From Rhina ancylostomus (Eukaryota), in assembly GCA_030265395.1 (NCBI GenBank), contig JARFYF010000094.1:18800557-18864556 (forward strand): 64,000 nt of DNA, read 5' to 3'. The number at the start of each line of letters is the position of its first letter. The first letter of the stretch is position 1. The notes below the pieces were generated by a model, which saw only the letters and a program-made list of their open reading frames with translations, made no database searches and was not told where the DNA came from. The translations under genes were made by a program, and so were the position numbers. Below, piece by piece: positions 39,960-53,360 of the stretch.

Positions 39960-41470
39960 ATAGGAAAGACAGTCCAGCCATAGTTAATATGTAAGCGGTT
40001 GAGCCATAGATAACAAGTTAAAGGAAGTATCAGATAAAAGAAAAAGGTTTACACTGTAGCCAAAAAGAGCAGTAAGACTGATGATTGAAAAAAAAATCAG
40101 ATTTCAGTAAAGGGGCGCCAAGAAATTGATAAGGAAAAGGAAACTGGAATATGACAGAAACCTGCTAAGAAATTTAAAAACAAAATGTGAACGCTTCTAC
40201 AGAGATGTAAAAAGGAAAGGATGACCAAAAATTAATCTGGCTCCCTCACTGAGGCAAGAAAATTCATATTGGGGAATAACAAAGAGGCAGAGAAATTAAA
40301 CAAATGTTTTTTTTATCTGTCCTCCTGGAGAAATTAAAGAGACTGGATGTGGATAAATCCCAAGATCCTGATGATCAGCATCCAAAAAAGTGGGAAGAAG
40401 TGGCTAAGGAGATAGTGGATGCACTGGTTGTTACTTTTAAAAAGAATGGTTCCCATAGGTTGGAAGATAGCATATGTAACCCCACTACACAGGAAGGAGG
40501 GAGGAGAGGAAAAAGAAGTAGGAAAATTGCAGGGGGAGCAGAGCGCTCAGAAAGTAATAATAGGATTGGGCAAAATCAATGGATCTATGATAGGGAATTC
40601 AGAACTTACAGTTCATCTTAGAATTCCTGAGGTTGTAACTAGCAGAATGGATAAGAGCAAGTCAGGGATGCAGTCATTTGGGTATTCAGAAGGCCATGCC
40701 AAAGGTTATTAATCAAAATTAGAGGAAATAAGATTGGAGCTAAGGTACTGAGGACTGATTAATGGACAGAAAATAGAGAGAGGAATTGGTCATATTTGCG
40801 ATGGAAGGCTGTGGCTTGTGGCGTGGCACAAGGCTCACTGTTGTAGACCCAGCTGTTCACAATCTATCGCAATGATGTGGATGGATGAACAAGTGTGATA
40901 TATCCAAGTCAGGGGATGATACCAAACTTGATGGCAGAGTGAGTTGGAGAAGGGATATAGCGAGACTTTAAGGAGATACAGACAGCCTAAGTGAATTGGC
41001 AAGGCTATGACAGATTTAATATAATGTAGAAAAATGTGAGGTCATTTCCATTGATAGAAAAAAACCAGAAAAGCTGAGTATTTTTTAAATAGTGTGAGAT
41101 TGAAAGGTGATACTGTTCAGGAGGACTTGGATGTCCTTTTACTTGAACTACTTAAAACGAAAATCTAAGTACAGAAAGCAATTAGGCAAACAGTACATTT
41201 TTCTTTATTGCTAGAGAGCTTTGAGCACAAGAGTCATGATGTTGTGTTGCAATTATATAGGGCTCCGGTAAGTCAGTAGGTATATTGTCTTTATATCTGG
41301 TCTCAGTACTAAAGAAAGGGTATGTCTGTGATAGAGAAAGTGCAATGAAGCTTAACCAGATTGATTCCTGGGATATGGATTTTTTTAATGAGGAGACATT
41401 AAGCAGCCATATACTCTATTGAAATTGGAAGAATGAGAGGTAATCTCTTTGAAACAGAAGCTACCGATTG
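39960..41470 (+). mobile_element. Degraded CR1 LINE ORF2 (RT)
   Basis: LEKLKRLDVDKSQDPD, W-IAYVTPL, GVAQGS-L-P-LF-IY-ND, DDTKL and YNVEKCEV motifs with many indels. Confidence 0.85.
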
Positions 41471-41484
41471 AAGACCGAGATTTT

Positions 41485-41493
41485 GTGTGTGTT

Positions 41494-41538
<45 letters not shown>

Positions 41539-41638
41539 NNNNNNNNNNNNNNNNNNNNNNNNNNNNNNNNNNNNNNNNNNNNNNNNNNNNNNNNNNNNNN
41601 NNNNNNNNNNNNNNNNNNNNNNNNNNNNNNNNNNNNNN

Positions 41639-41715
<77 letters not shown>
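41485..41715 (+). repeat. (GT)n microsatellite spanning an assembly gap
   Basis: Near-pure gt repeats on both sides of an N run. Confidence 0.98.
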
Positions 41716-41716
<1 letters not shown>

Positions 41717-42524
41717 AAATTTGGGAAGATGTAAGTTTGGGGAGATGGACAGGGATCCAGCATCAGCTGTGATCAGGAGTATTTTTGGGAAACTGGAAAA
41801 GTGTCAATCATTCCTAAATTGGGTCCTATGTATGGCACCTTCATAGACTGCAGATTAAAAGAGTCCTATTGGTTGAAACAGGCTAGGCATTAGCAATAGG
41901 ACTTTGTGAAACTGGCTGCAATCCTTTCTTCAGTGTTAACTGGGTAGTAAGTTTCCAAGCCCCAATTTGAGGCTGTTATTATCTATATAAATTTTGGCAA
42001 GTTAAAATTAACTCCAATACTTTTAGCTAGTTAGTCCCCAGTCCTTCTAGATATAGTGTTCCAATAACCTGAGTATTTCTTGCATGGAATGGAGTATACG
42101 AACTTGCTCCGATTTTTGGTTTTGCAGCCTCAGTGTGGATCCTAGAAAATGTTTGATTATAACCTCAGCATGCTGTACAGTATGCAATAAGGAATGTGTA
42201 GCATTTTGGTGATCTTCCTGTTTAGGATATAATTCTCTTAAAAATCTGATAGTAAACACAAATAAAGGAGATGGTTAACTGAAAATGACATGTTATAGGT
42301 CAGTCCTACGGCTATGATGCCATTCATTTGTCCCATACAACACAGCTACATTAAAGTGCATTCAAGAGAAAAAATACACAATTACATTTTTGCTAAGGCT
42401 TCAGAAATGCACAAGAGCTCAGAAATAATGTTACTGTAATCTTTTAAGCAATACTTATTATTAGTTAATTTTTTTAAACAATCCCTCAGTGCCCAGATCT
42501 GCCCAAAAATATTACCTGTTTATT

Positions 42525-42795
42525 ATGCCACAGAGAACGTTTGGCCCATTGAGTCCACGCGACCTCCCAGCAGACCATTCACATTGATCCCATTACCCCT
42601 TACCTTATTTCTCTGATTCTCTGCAACACATTCTTTATAAACCTGTCAGCACATCTTTGGATTGTGGGAGGTGACTGAGGGAAATCTATGCAGTCCTGGA
42701 TGAGCGTACAAACTCCACACAGATGGTATCCAAGGCCAGGATTGAACCTTAGTCCCTGAAGTTGTGAGGTAGCAGCATTAGCTACTGCACCACAA
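42525..42795 (-). mobile_element. HE1/V-SINE-type SINE
   Basis: acatctttggattgtgggagg..gtacaaactccacacaga..caggattgaacc..gtgaggtagcagc..ctactgcacc is homologous to 950-1100. Confidence 0.8.
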
Positions 42796-45700
42796 GTATA
42801 TTTATTTGGCTTTGCAGCAGAATGAAGTGTCTTCAAGAGATGTTAAACTTTTGAAGCATCTGGAGATGACAACGTTCTTACTGAAACTTTTGAACTACAT
42901 ATTTCCTTGTGTGCAGAGCTGTCAAATTTGAACAAACAACCTACTATAATATGGAATACAACCATGGCAAGGTCCAGCAGGGTTCTGACCAAAGTATCAG
43001 CTTTGGTAATTGACACATACAGTATGCTTTTAAATTGGCTGTTGTCTTTTATTCAACCAGCTCCAGTTTATGCTTTACCTATGTGGGTGATTGAAATGCA
43101 ACATTGCTTCATTTAACTATAGCGTACTTTGATTTAAGTTCCACAAGCAGAGGGATAAGTTGAATAACAGAACCACAGTTCATGTGGTTGGCAAATAAAC
43201 TTTAAAAAATGTTTAAAATCCTCTTCCTGAGCCCTCTGAAAGCATTCTTTAGAATAAATTCAAGTCAAAGACATCTCACAATAAACAGCTTGTTTTGGCT
43301 GTTCAGTTTTGGGTGGTATAAAATCAGTAGCCAGTGCAAAAAAATTAAAAGAATTCCCTCCTATCTATAATTTTTCACTCCACCATGAGAAACTCATTAT
43401 ACTTTTGTAAGCCAAGAGGACAAAATTTAAAAGAAGTACTCAATCGATTACGTAGTGTCTTTCAGAGTCTGGAATGATTGCCAGGTCTTTTATTCACTTT
43501 TACTTCTTTACCATAGGCACAAGATGCCTGCTATAGAGCAGTAGGAGCTTTGTGTAAACTGTCACCCATTCTGAGGGATAGAAAGGCTCTGCCCTTTGAG
43601 GTTCTTCAAACATGAGGCTCTGGCTAATAAAAACCAGAAACAAATGGCCAAGTGTTTTCAGCACCCTCCAGATGGCATTACTTTTTTACCGCTGCAAACG
43701 GCCTCTATTGTTTTGGAAAGGGACCAAGTTTTTCATCAGTCACTTTGACTGTTTGATTTAAACAGTGATTCTCTAGGTCAGGGAAGGCTGCAGAAATGAA
43801 AGGATGAAAAGAAGGTGACGGTTCGATGGCCTCTGTTCTTTCACGGCAATGAACCAAGCAGTTTTTTTTCTTGGCTGCATCCCTCCCCCATCCTCCTTCT
43901 CTTCAGCTGGACTATTCCCTTAATCGCTTTAGTTCTGTAAGTATGAACTCACAAACTTTGAGAGCAAATCAGCTGTTAGTTGATGGGAGGATTTTCCAGA
44001 TTCTAGTGTCTTTCTGTGAGCATGTATCATCAAACTAATGAGCTGGTGTTACAGATTTTCTTCTACTTAAACCTTAACAAATGGGGTTGTTCCAGTAAAT
44101 GATAAGGTTATCAGAAAGTATAAGTTATCAAAAGTGAACATTTTGCTGGGTGACCCTGGGTATTGTCCATGTTGTAAAATAAATACTGCATTAACTTTTT
44201 TCAGAGAGCCACTCATTTACATAATGTGCACTCATTTTGGCTCAAAGGACTGTGCTCCCTAATTGTATGTGCCAGTTCTTTTCCCATAACCAGCAGCAGT
44301 TTCCCCTTGCTATGGGATGAAGTGAAGCAAGTTGCCTTTCTTAACATAATACAATTAACCAAGTGGCACCTACCTTATAATGCACGAATTGGTAGCAACA
44401 GTTACATTTGGATGTTTCTCACTCTTAGTATTCGAAGTCACAAGGTACTTTAAAGTGAGCATCTAAACTGGTACAATTTCAGACCTGAACAATATAAAAC
44501 TCTCTGAATTGAAACTGTCTGTTTCCAGTAATTACATAGTTAAAGTTATTATAATATATCTGGGCCTCTTCTTCACCTTCTGAAATGTTGGAAATCCCTA
44601 AGGACCATGGCACTCCATAAGTGATTATAAATGACATCCAGTATGTGCCCTCCAGTCATGTCCCTACAATTAATGCTAATCTGGTGGGTCTACAGTTTCT
44701 TTCCTTCACAAGCAATAGGACTACATGATCTTCTACAATTCACTAGAACTCTTTCAGTCCACAGTGAAGTACTGGATGTAGCAGCACATGGAGCCACAAT
44801 TTACTTAAGTATTGTAGCATAAGTGCAATCACATTTAGCAGTATGATCAGCTTTGTGTCCTAATCAAAGCCAAAACCAATTTTGTAATTGCTTCTGTTTC
44901 ATTCCTTATATTGAATCTCTTAAATTAGTATTATGACATAAGATGCTTTGCAGGAGTGTTACTAAATAAAATCTGATGACGGACTACCAAAGACAGAAAA
45001 CCAAAAATTTGGTCAAAACTGTAGATATTAATGAGCATCTTTAAGAAGGGAGGAGGTAGTGAGGAGACAAAGCTTTGCAAGGAAATTTCAGAGCACAATG
45101 CCATTGGTGGAATGATTAATATAGGGAAATAAGTGATATGTAAGAGGCCAGAAATGGAGTGCTACATCACCCTCTACAAAAGCAAAAACAATGTATAGCA
45201 TCAATTTAGATCTTCCACATTAACATTATTTTTTATTTCCCACCACACAGATAAATCCTTCAACATAATAGTGCAATTATTTTTTGATTTACAACATTAC
45301 TGAAACTAAATGTCAGATTTTTTCTCAATATTTTACCAGCATCCATTATGTTACACTGTGATTTTATATTTATTGTGAAATTTCTTAATGTGTAATGTCA
45401 AAAAAATTATATTGCCAACGTAACCATTAGCAGCTACATTCACAAACTAATCTATATGTTTCTGATGGCAGTACACAAATGTAAAGTGAAATCAAAATGA
45501 AGTCAACAAAATTGTACTTGTCATTATGAGCAAAGGATAACAGGAGGACTGTGAAGTCTCTGAAAAATGTTTCTTTATAGAAATAACCCCAAGTTGTCCT
45601 TTATTCTACAAACTCAATTCAAGAGAGCACAGTTTAAGCACTGAAATACATATCACCAAGCATGGAGTTATTGAGGCGGAATTAATATTTGCTTTAAATT

Positions 45701-46919
45701 TTTTGTTATTGTCATCATTATTTTCTTTTATGGACTGTATCATCCTCTAAATAGGTCTGCCATGGCACTTGATGGATGAAAATCAAAGAACTGCTGATCT
45801 AGATATCTGGGAAAAAAGAACAGATAATGCTAGAAATACCCAGCAAGTCAGGCAGTAACTGTGGAAAGAGAAACACTTTCAAGCTGAAAACGCTTTGTCA
45901 GAGAATCATTCAGGATATTTGGTGGATGATTTGAAACAATCTTTGGGCCTCTTTAACATCTTTTCTCCTTGCTCTGGAAATGTGGCAGAGTAAAAGGAAA
46001 GCTTTATTTCTATTTTCCTGTGGATCTTTGCTCAGCTCCCAGCTTGCTGCCAGAAATCTGCAGGGAGCTGGGATAAACCCTTAGCCCAATCACTGACCTG
46101 GGAAATTGAGTTTTGATCAGGGCAATGAGAGGAGACCTCATTCCCTGTAAGAGTGAACTGCTCTGTACTAATAAATATATAGAACTTGAAATCAAGTGTT
46201 TTATTTTTATATTTACATTTTTGGCAACTGTAACTCGTTAATTCTCTATTACTAATCTACTTAAAAGCCTGATACAAAGCTTGAAAAAAAAAGCACAGCT
46301 ACTGAGAAAAGTCAAGCATGAATCTCAGTAGGAATCTGCTCCAAAGGTCACAATAAATATATACAGGGAACATTTGTAGCATTCCAGTCACATGAAGCAA
46401 GTCACCGGCACCTAAGCACTGTTTCAAAGCCTGAAAGTTTTTATTTTGAAGATTCACCTTTAACAATGTGCTATGTATAAATACCTGGCAAGGTTTCAGT
46501 CCTAATTTCCTGAAAAAATGTTTGTACTTCCATCTGGGCTCCAGACATGTACTGAAATGGACAAGTATTAAACGCTCCCCAGTAGAACACAGACCTTACA
46601 ACACCAAGATCAAATACACTTGACATGTTAAACAAGAGCATTTAGATGCCCTGATCATTAGTGTGGGAGGCTTATATATTGACTCCATATGTTTGCTTTC
46701 ATGATTTTAGGTCCACTCTTTTGGCCAACAGACAAATTCACTAGCACTGGTGTCTTGATACTTTTCAACAGTCCTCTGTATAGGATGTCCCAGAACCAGG
46801 GTGATAAAGATCATTGCAAAAATGCTTCTGCACATTTCTCAAGTCTTGTCAGATAGCCATAGGACTTGTAAATTTCAGTTCACTGTCAGGCATTTTAAAA
46901 TGTCACTTACAAAGCACAG

Positions 46920-47270
46920 ACTCACCGAACAATACAATGCATTAGGAGCCCATTCTGCATTTTAGTGGAACTAACAAAAACATCCCAGTCTCCTAATCTT
47001 TCCCTCTTCTTGCAATTGTTTAACAAATATTTGTATCTAATTTCAATTTCAGAGATGTTACTGAATCTGCTTCCACCATTCCTTCTAGATTGCCACTCAT
47101 TACATAGATAAAGCAAAAAGTTTCCTTCCTGATTCTGAATCCTTTGTCAATTGCCTTAAATCTGTATCTTCAGTGGATGACCCTTCTGCCACTGCAAATA
47201 GTTCTTTGTTATTTACTTCACCAAACCATTCATGATTTAAGGACCTATGTCAATCATATTTTCTCCTCAC
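46920..47270 (-). mobile_element. Degraded CR1 3' fragment
   Basis: Antisense CR1 3' patterns (actgaatctgcttccacca..ttaaatctgta..gacccttctgccactg). Confidence 0.6.
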
Positions 47271-48019
47271 CTGCACATCAAAACATTCCTTTCTGCTCTT
47301 TTCCAAATCAGTAAGTTCTTCCTGGACTAAACCTTGCACTGGCTCAAAGTTGTTGGCATCATCCCATAATATCCTTGCTTCTGCTACCCATCGGAAGCAG
47401 AAATCATAGATGCCTTGCAAACCTTTTGCCGTTCTTCTTGAATGAAGTAACCTTGCAGCAATTTCCTGACAAGTAAATTTGACTGTTTACAGCAAAGGTC
47501 ACTTCATATCATGCTGAATCATTGGAGTTACAAAGAAACTGTTTATGAATGCTTGTATTTTCTGCCCTTATCAGCAGCTAAACAGAATGGACTGCAAAGA
47601 TGACTGAAAAACTTTGATAATATTGGATTTTTTTTCCAAAAGTATTCTATTGAAATGGACAAAATGACGTAAGATCAATTAAAATCCATATCTCTTAACT
47701 GTTTAGTATTTTCAAACACAAGAATCAATATTTGGGACGGGGAAGAACGCCAATACTCACTCAGCCTGTTGCAACCCCCCAGAGACAGAGACAGTGTCTG
47801 AAATACAGTATTTACTTTTCCAACTTTTAAAATTCTTGCATTTAGATTATTTTCATATTTTATAACCTCTTCCTTCCTTCATTCCTTGAACCTTATAAAA
47901 ATATTTTTCATTTATGCCTTTTAACTTTGTTTTTTAAACCATTTAGTTAGATCTAAGGCTTGTTATTAACCTTTATCCATGTGTCCATTCATCTATTTAA
48001 TGAAAACATTTGAATTCAA

Positions 48020-48225
48020 GAAATAAAAACAGAAACTGTTGGAAACAATCAGTAGGTCAAGCAACATCTAAGGATAGAAGTAGACAAAAGTAAACAGATG
48101 AAAAATTTTCAACCTGAAACATTAACTCTGTATTTCCCTCTCCAAAGATGCTTACTGGCCTACTAGGTATTTCCAGAAATTCATGTTTTTAGTTCAGGAT
48201 CCAAACATCCTTACTACTTTGCTTT
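48020..48225. mobile_element. Palindromic Penelope pseudo-LTR-derived element
   Basis: aaaacagaaactgttggaaac..agtaggtcaagcaacatct pairs imperfectly with agatgcttactggcctact..tttccagaaattcatgtttt. A central cagatgaa..ctgaaacattaactc is a hammerhead remnant. Confidence 0.6.
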
Positions 48226-48699
48226 TTTAGCCATCTAAATGGACAACCTTCTGTGTTGGCTTCATCCTAATTACCCTTTCGGTCTGTGTTGTCTTATGAT
48301 GACTTGCTTTCTGGGAAGTGGTAATCACGTTATCCAATCCTTTCTAATTATATAAACTTGATTGGATCATGTAAATCATACAGCTGTCATATTATTTCTA
48401 CTGTATGGATACTCTCCTTGGGCAACTTCTGTGTTCCCTAAAGGCTGCGAGCAAGGCTACTCTGCACTTGTTGTCTGAGACGGCCTTGTGTTGCAGCTTT
48501 ATCATGGGGTTCCAGCCCAGATGCACATATGACCTTAGAGTCTGTACCTTGTGGGTTTATGTGCAGTTGAATCGTACTTGGGAAAGCTAGAGTTCTCCAA
48601 GTGATGTGTCTGTTTTCCTCAAGTTTAGATTGCACATATACAGAACAATACATGCATAATCAAATACCTCCAATGTGATGTCACACATTGGCATATGCT

Positions 48700-49110
48700 T
48701 CCCCCATTAAAAGAAGTGTGAAACTAGGTTAATGACATTTACAAGTTTACTAGTTTAACCATTTATCTGGGTTTCAAATTCTCTTTCATCTTTGCAATTG
48801 TCTGTGGGGTTGGGGCAAAAATAAGCCACATTATGGCCAATGGTCAGGAAAGGCTCATTGCCTAGGCATCTTGCACACCAAGGAAGAGTGAGAAGAACTA
48901 TGCTTGGATAGAAAAGGAGGCACTGGCATCATATTTAGGATCACAGGATTCCACCGGTTCATGTTAGGTGGACTATTCACATTGATCACTGATCACAAAT
49001 CTCATTGGTCATTCTTAAAACCAAGCCTGCAATTCCCACAATGGTGGTCTTGAGAACGCAGAAGTGGGCTGTATTTTTATCCTGATGTGGCAATAACATT
49101 GAAAATAGAA
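48700..49110 (+). mobile_element. Gypsy (Ty3) LTR-retrotransposon RNase H fragment
   Basis: GVGAKISHIMANGQERLIA-AS..SEKNYAWIEKEALA..FTLITDHK..RTQKWAVFLS is the Gypsy RNase H signature. Confidence 0.85.
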
Positions 49111-49124
49111 CATTCAAATTGCCT

Positions 49125-50880
49125 CACCATTGAATATGTGAATTTTGTGTCCCTTAGTGTAGATAAAAGGGTCTTTGAACAGATCTGCACATTGTCCTTG
49201 AAACTTAATTAAATGTGGCTCATCTTTCTAATTCACCTTTAATTCATTGAGCCAAGCTTTCTGTAACGGTGTTGATCCCTTTGTGTAATTCACTGCTGTA
49301 TCTGGTAATTTCACTTTTAGATCATTTGAGAAATGACACATCACATCTGACCTGGAGTTAGAATCAAATAATCACAGAAAATTCACGGCTCAGAAGGAGG
49401 CCATTTTCCCCACAGTCTCTAAGCTGGGGAAAAAGAGCTACCTAACCTAATTCTACTTTACTATTAATAGTAGGTCAATACCCCTGCTGGCCATAGCTCT
49501 TCAAGTGCATGGCCAAGTACTAATTAAATGTGGTAAGGGTTTCTGCTTCCAACGAGTTCCAGACTCTATCAGACTCTGGGTGAAAACATTGTTCCTCATC
49601 TCACTGCTTATCCTTCTACCAATTAATTCAGATCTATGTCCCTGGTTTTTGAAGCTTCTGATAGGTAAATAGCTCCTTCCTACTTTACACTATCCAGCCT
49701 GACTTCATTTCATATGTCTCAAGTAAGTCTCTCCTCAGCTTTCTGTGTTTCAAGGAAAACAACTCTAGTATGTCCAGTTTTAGCCTATAACTACATCTTT
49801 TTTTCAATCTTGGCAACAGCCTTGTAAATTAGTGTGTCACTCGAACTTGTCTTAAGATTCAGCATGCTTTTCGCTAATGTCACATTGATAAACCTCATAC
49901 ATATTTCTGCTCCAAATTGAGCAGCCAACTATTGTACTGATGTTCATGTTGATAAATTGGTCATCAATTTTACTTTTGATTTTAAAATCACTACACCATT
50001 GCCATGAATAGTATATACGTATACTTCACATTTCACGCTGCTAATCAGCTTCAATGTTATATAAACTTCTCCTCCATGACTTTCTGTCAGTGTTTCCTTA
50101 CATTGAGAACTTACTTAGCTGGCATTATTCTGGCTTGCCATCCTGGGTCTAGCCTTACACATGGAGGTTGTTTTTGCTTTATGGTCAAAAAATTCTGCTA
50201 TTCTAAAATGGCACATTTGTGCAAGGCAATCTCCATTACATTGGTAGCAGGTATTCCTGCCTGCTTCATCATTTGTGCAAAACCCACTGAGATTATTCAT
50301 GTTTAATACTGCTGCTCCTGCCTTTGATGCTGCTGTAGACCAAGTTAATAATTAGGTTATCCACTGCCAAAATTCTAGCCATTTCCATCAATATGACTAT
50401 TTTACATACAGGCCCAAACATTGTCTTGTGCATTCAATAATTCATCTGCTCATCTGTCATACAATTTTGTCCTGCTGCAGCTGATTCAGGAAGGTACCAA
50501 AATTACATGGGCTCAACAAATTCTGTTAAATCTCTATATAATCATTGATAGTCTTGCCTGCTCCCTGGTTTCTTGTCCTGAATTTGTAACTTACTGTGAT
50601 GTCCACAGACGATGGATTGAAGTGATTCAGCAATCTCTCTGAAATCTCATCAAAGAAACCTCGTTCATTTTTCAGGGTCTGTGCAGTGATATACATATCC
50701 AAGCCCATCTCTTAAGACTTCTTTCTTACAATCTTGAATGGCTTCATTTTGAACAGGCACCATTTTGTCCTCGCCCTCAATTTCCATGATATTGTTTGTC
50801 ATGAGCAACATCTCTGTTAAGAACTTAAGACCTCCACATTTTATTGGACTCCAATGCTCTTGACATCGCTGGATTGGTCT
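49125..50880 (-). mobile_element. Gypsy gag-protease fossil, interrupted by a CR1
   Basis: LLNHFNPSSVDITVSYKFRTRNQGAGKTINDYI (gag), CYQCNGD-LAQMCHFR (zinc-knuckle remnant), KIDDQFINMNIST (degenerate protease) and a WL-----W linker remnant. Confidence 0.75.
49365..49830 (-). mobile_element. CR1 3' fragment nested in the Gypsy element
   Basis: Antisense tail aatcacagaa..cagaaggaggccatt and ORF2 end (ttcaaggaaaacaactctag). Confidence 0.8.
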
Positions 50881-52938
50881 GAGCTGCCATTGGACTCTTG
50901 GAAGATAAGAATCTCTGTGACCTTGACTATCACAAGCTACACTGTCGATGTACTCATGTGAGGTTGTCTTTGAAGTTATAGGAGCTCAGAGATCTCAGTG
51001 AAGATAAAGAATGAAGTTTGAGTACTGGAGCTTTAAAGGACATGGTTTCAGGAGAAACTGATTAGTAAAACCTCGTGGTACAGAGAGTAAATATTTTTTT
51101 CAGACTAGTGAGGTTCAAAATTTCACTGCAAAATAATTTTATATGTTTCACCGCTGTTGACATATTTTGGGGGTGTTTTGAGGCAGGAAAAAGTGCTGGG
51201 GAGCATGAAAATCCTGCCAAAAATGAGCAGGCAAATATTCCAGGTGCTAGGGCATCCAGAAATGAACACGAGATTGCCCTGTGCTGGTTAGATTTTTAAT
51301 AGCACTGGACATCTTCTTTTGGAGTTGCATGGATGATTTTATAGATATCTCTCCCTCATAATCCAACCATAAATCATACTGGGTATTCTTCCTTCCTCCC
51401 TGAGGTCTTTGATAGGCAAGTTAACGTGTTTATCACATCCTTTCTAATATTTGGTTGCTAAGCAGTATAGAAAAAGACCAGGAAAATCACAGGGAATTTG
51501 TTTATGACATGGGAGAGAGAACTAGGAAATAAGTATTTTAATTGGGATGGGGGAATGGGTTGGATACAGCACTTTAAAAATTGCCTGAGATGAAATGGCC
51601 AGGCAACTGTTGCAGTAATGGTTTCCAAAGCAAAATGGTTATAGGTTCAAATCCCAGACTTTGTTTTGTTCTTATTGGGCAAGTTTTTTCAATTTACTCT
51701 GAGGTTATTGTGTTCGTAGAGCTCCATACAGTTGAGGAAACTGTTGCTTGAGATCACTTTAGTGCTGGCTATGGAGATATCATTGTTCCAGGTTCTCTTA
51801 GTAGCCAACTGAAGATTCAATTACAGGCTATAGCTATGGGAATTCTATAAAGTGGTATCTGGATGATTGAACAAGAACTGTAAGAACAGTAGCCCCTAAT
51901 GTACATGGGAAATACAGATAGACAGATGCTGCTCTTACATAAGAGTACATTTAGCAAATTCTCATTCTCAGAAAGGAAATTAGGTTGCAGGGGATGCAGA
52001 TTGGATCAAGGCCTATAACTTGGTAATGTAACTTTCCTAATCCATGATCCCTTCCAATTCTTTATTTGAAACACAAGACTGATGCCTTGACCCTATGGTG
52101 TTGTTTGATTCTCTCCAGCCCACTTAGTTTATTGAATCTTGTCCAACAAATTACTTTGGGGACACATTGAACAGACAGCCTGGTTCCAGCCTTATGCATA
52201 AGCAACTAACATGATTGGTTTTTCATATGTGTAAGAATGCCTAGAGTAACTTGTTCACCATATCCTGGTTCCAGGCTTTTCCAGGACAGCTCATATTCTC
52301 AACTTAAACTATGTTTTTATGCTATTAAGTAACAGATCATTAATTCTGAAGATACAAACATTTGGATTAGTGCGCAGGGACTTTTCATAAAGCTTTGCGA
52401 GAGACTGGGCTGAAAATTGACCACCAAGAAATCTGTATTATAACGAGATTGTTTGCTTTGGCAGACCCACATGATTAGGCCAGAAACAAAGAATCTGACT
52501 GAGAACCAAATATTGGGATGTGAAAGGTGACCTGCAAAGTGGATTGCTGTGTCTAGTTTTATTTACTTGCTGATCTTTGCTTTGTGCTTATGCAATGTAT
52601 TTTGCTTCTTCATTGTTACAAGACAAATAATGCTTTAGGCAAGAATGATTAAACGTGACCCATTGCTTGCTCAATGCTTTTGGTTTCATAGGTTCGATAA
52701 AATTAACTTTATTGTACAGGTTGTAAACACATTAAAATAGTTAAAATAACAGGGACATTCTTCCTCTACTGCTTGGAATCTATCTAGCTTACCATTATGG
52801 ATCTTAACTGTTTTTCATTTCATTAAAATCTATGAGATGTGAATGTCTGATTTAACATGATGCTGGAGGCTGATTCTGAGGTACCCCAATCACTATATCA
52901 TATGCCAAGTTCCGCATGGTTCAGAAGGTAAAAAAGCT

Positions 52939-53360
52939 AGCTGGAGGAACTCAGCAGGTCAGGCAGCAACTGTGGAGGGAAATAGACAGTCGACATTTCA
53001 GGTCGAGACCCTTCATCCGGACTGAAAGAGTAGAAGGGAGATGGCCAGTATAAAGAAATGATGGCGTGGGGCTCGAGCTGGCANNNNNNNNNNNNNNNNN
53101 NNNNNNNNNNNNNNNNNNNNNNNNNNNNNNNNNNNNNNNNNNNNNNNNNNNNNNNNNNNNNNNNNNNNNNNNNNNNNNNNNNNGGGGCTTGAGCTGGCAT
53201 GTGATTGGTGTATCCAGCTGAGGTGGGTTTGTTTGGCAGAGGGAGGCGGGTGGGGGAGGGAAGGGTAGAGATGGCAATAGAGGCTGGGAGGTGATAGGCA
53301 ACAGAAACGGGGAAAGAAACTGGGAGATGGAGGACTGGGGGTGGGGGGGCTTGGAAATAA
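52939..53360 (-). mobile_element. Penelope-like pseudo-LTR
   Basis: gctggaggaactcagcaggtcaggcagc end, an embedded hammerhead motif and a purine-rich body resembling 1-180. Confidence 0.8.
52987..53024 (-). ncRNA. Minimal hammerhead ribozyme motif (one core substitution, probably inactive)
   Basis: Minus strand reads CAGUC-CGGAUGA-A-GGGUC-UC-GACCU-GAAA-UGUC-GACUG: stem I CAGUC/GACUG, CUGAUGA box with U>G, stem II, GAAA box and a GUC cleavage triplet. Confidence 0.7.

Noticed and set aside
41449-41846. VCVCVC / HTHTHT ORFs
   Set aside because: Translations of a (GT)n microsatellite and N run.
53068-53199. ggggct(c/t)gagctggca on both sides of a gap
   Set aside because: Probably an assembly overlap within the pseudo-LTR.
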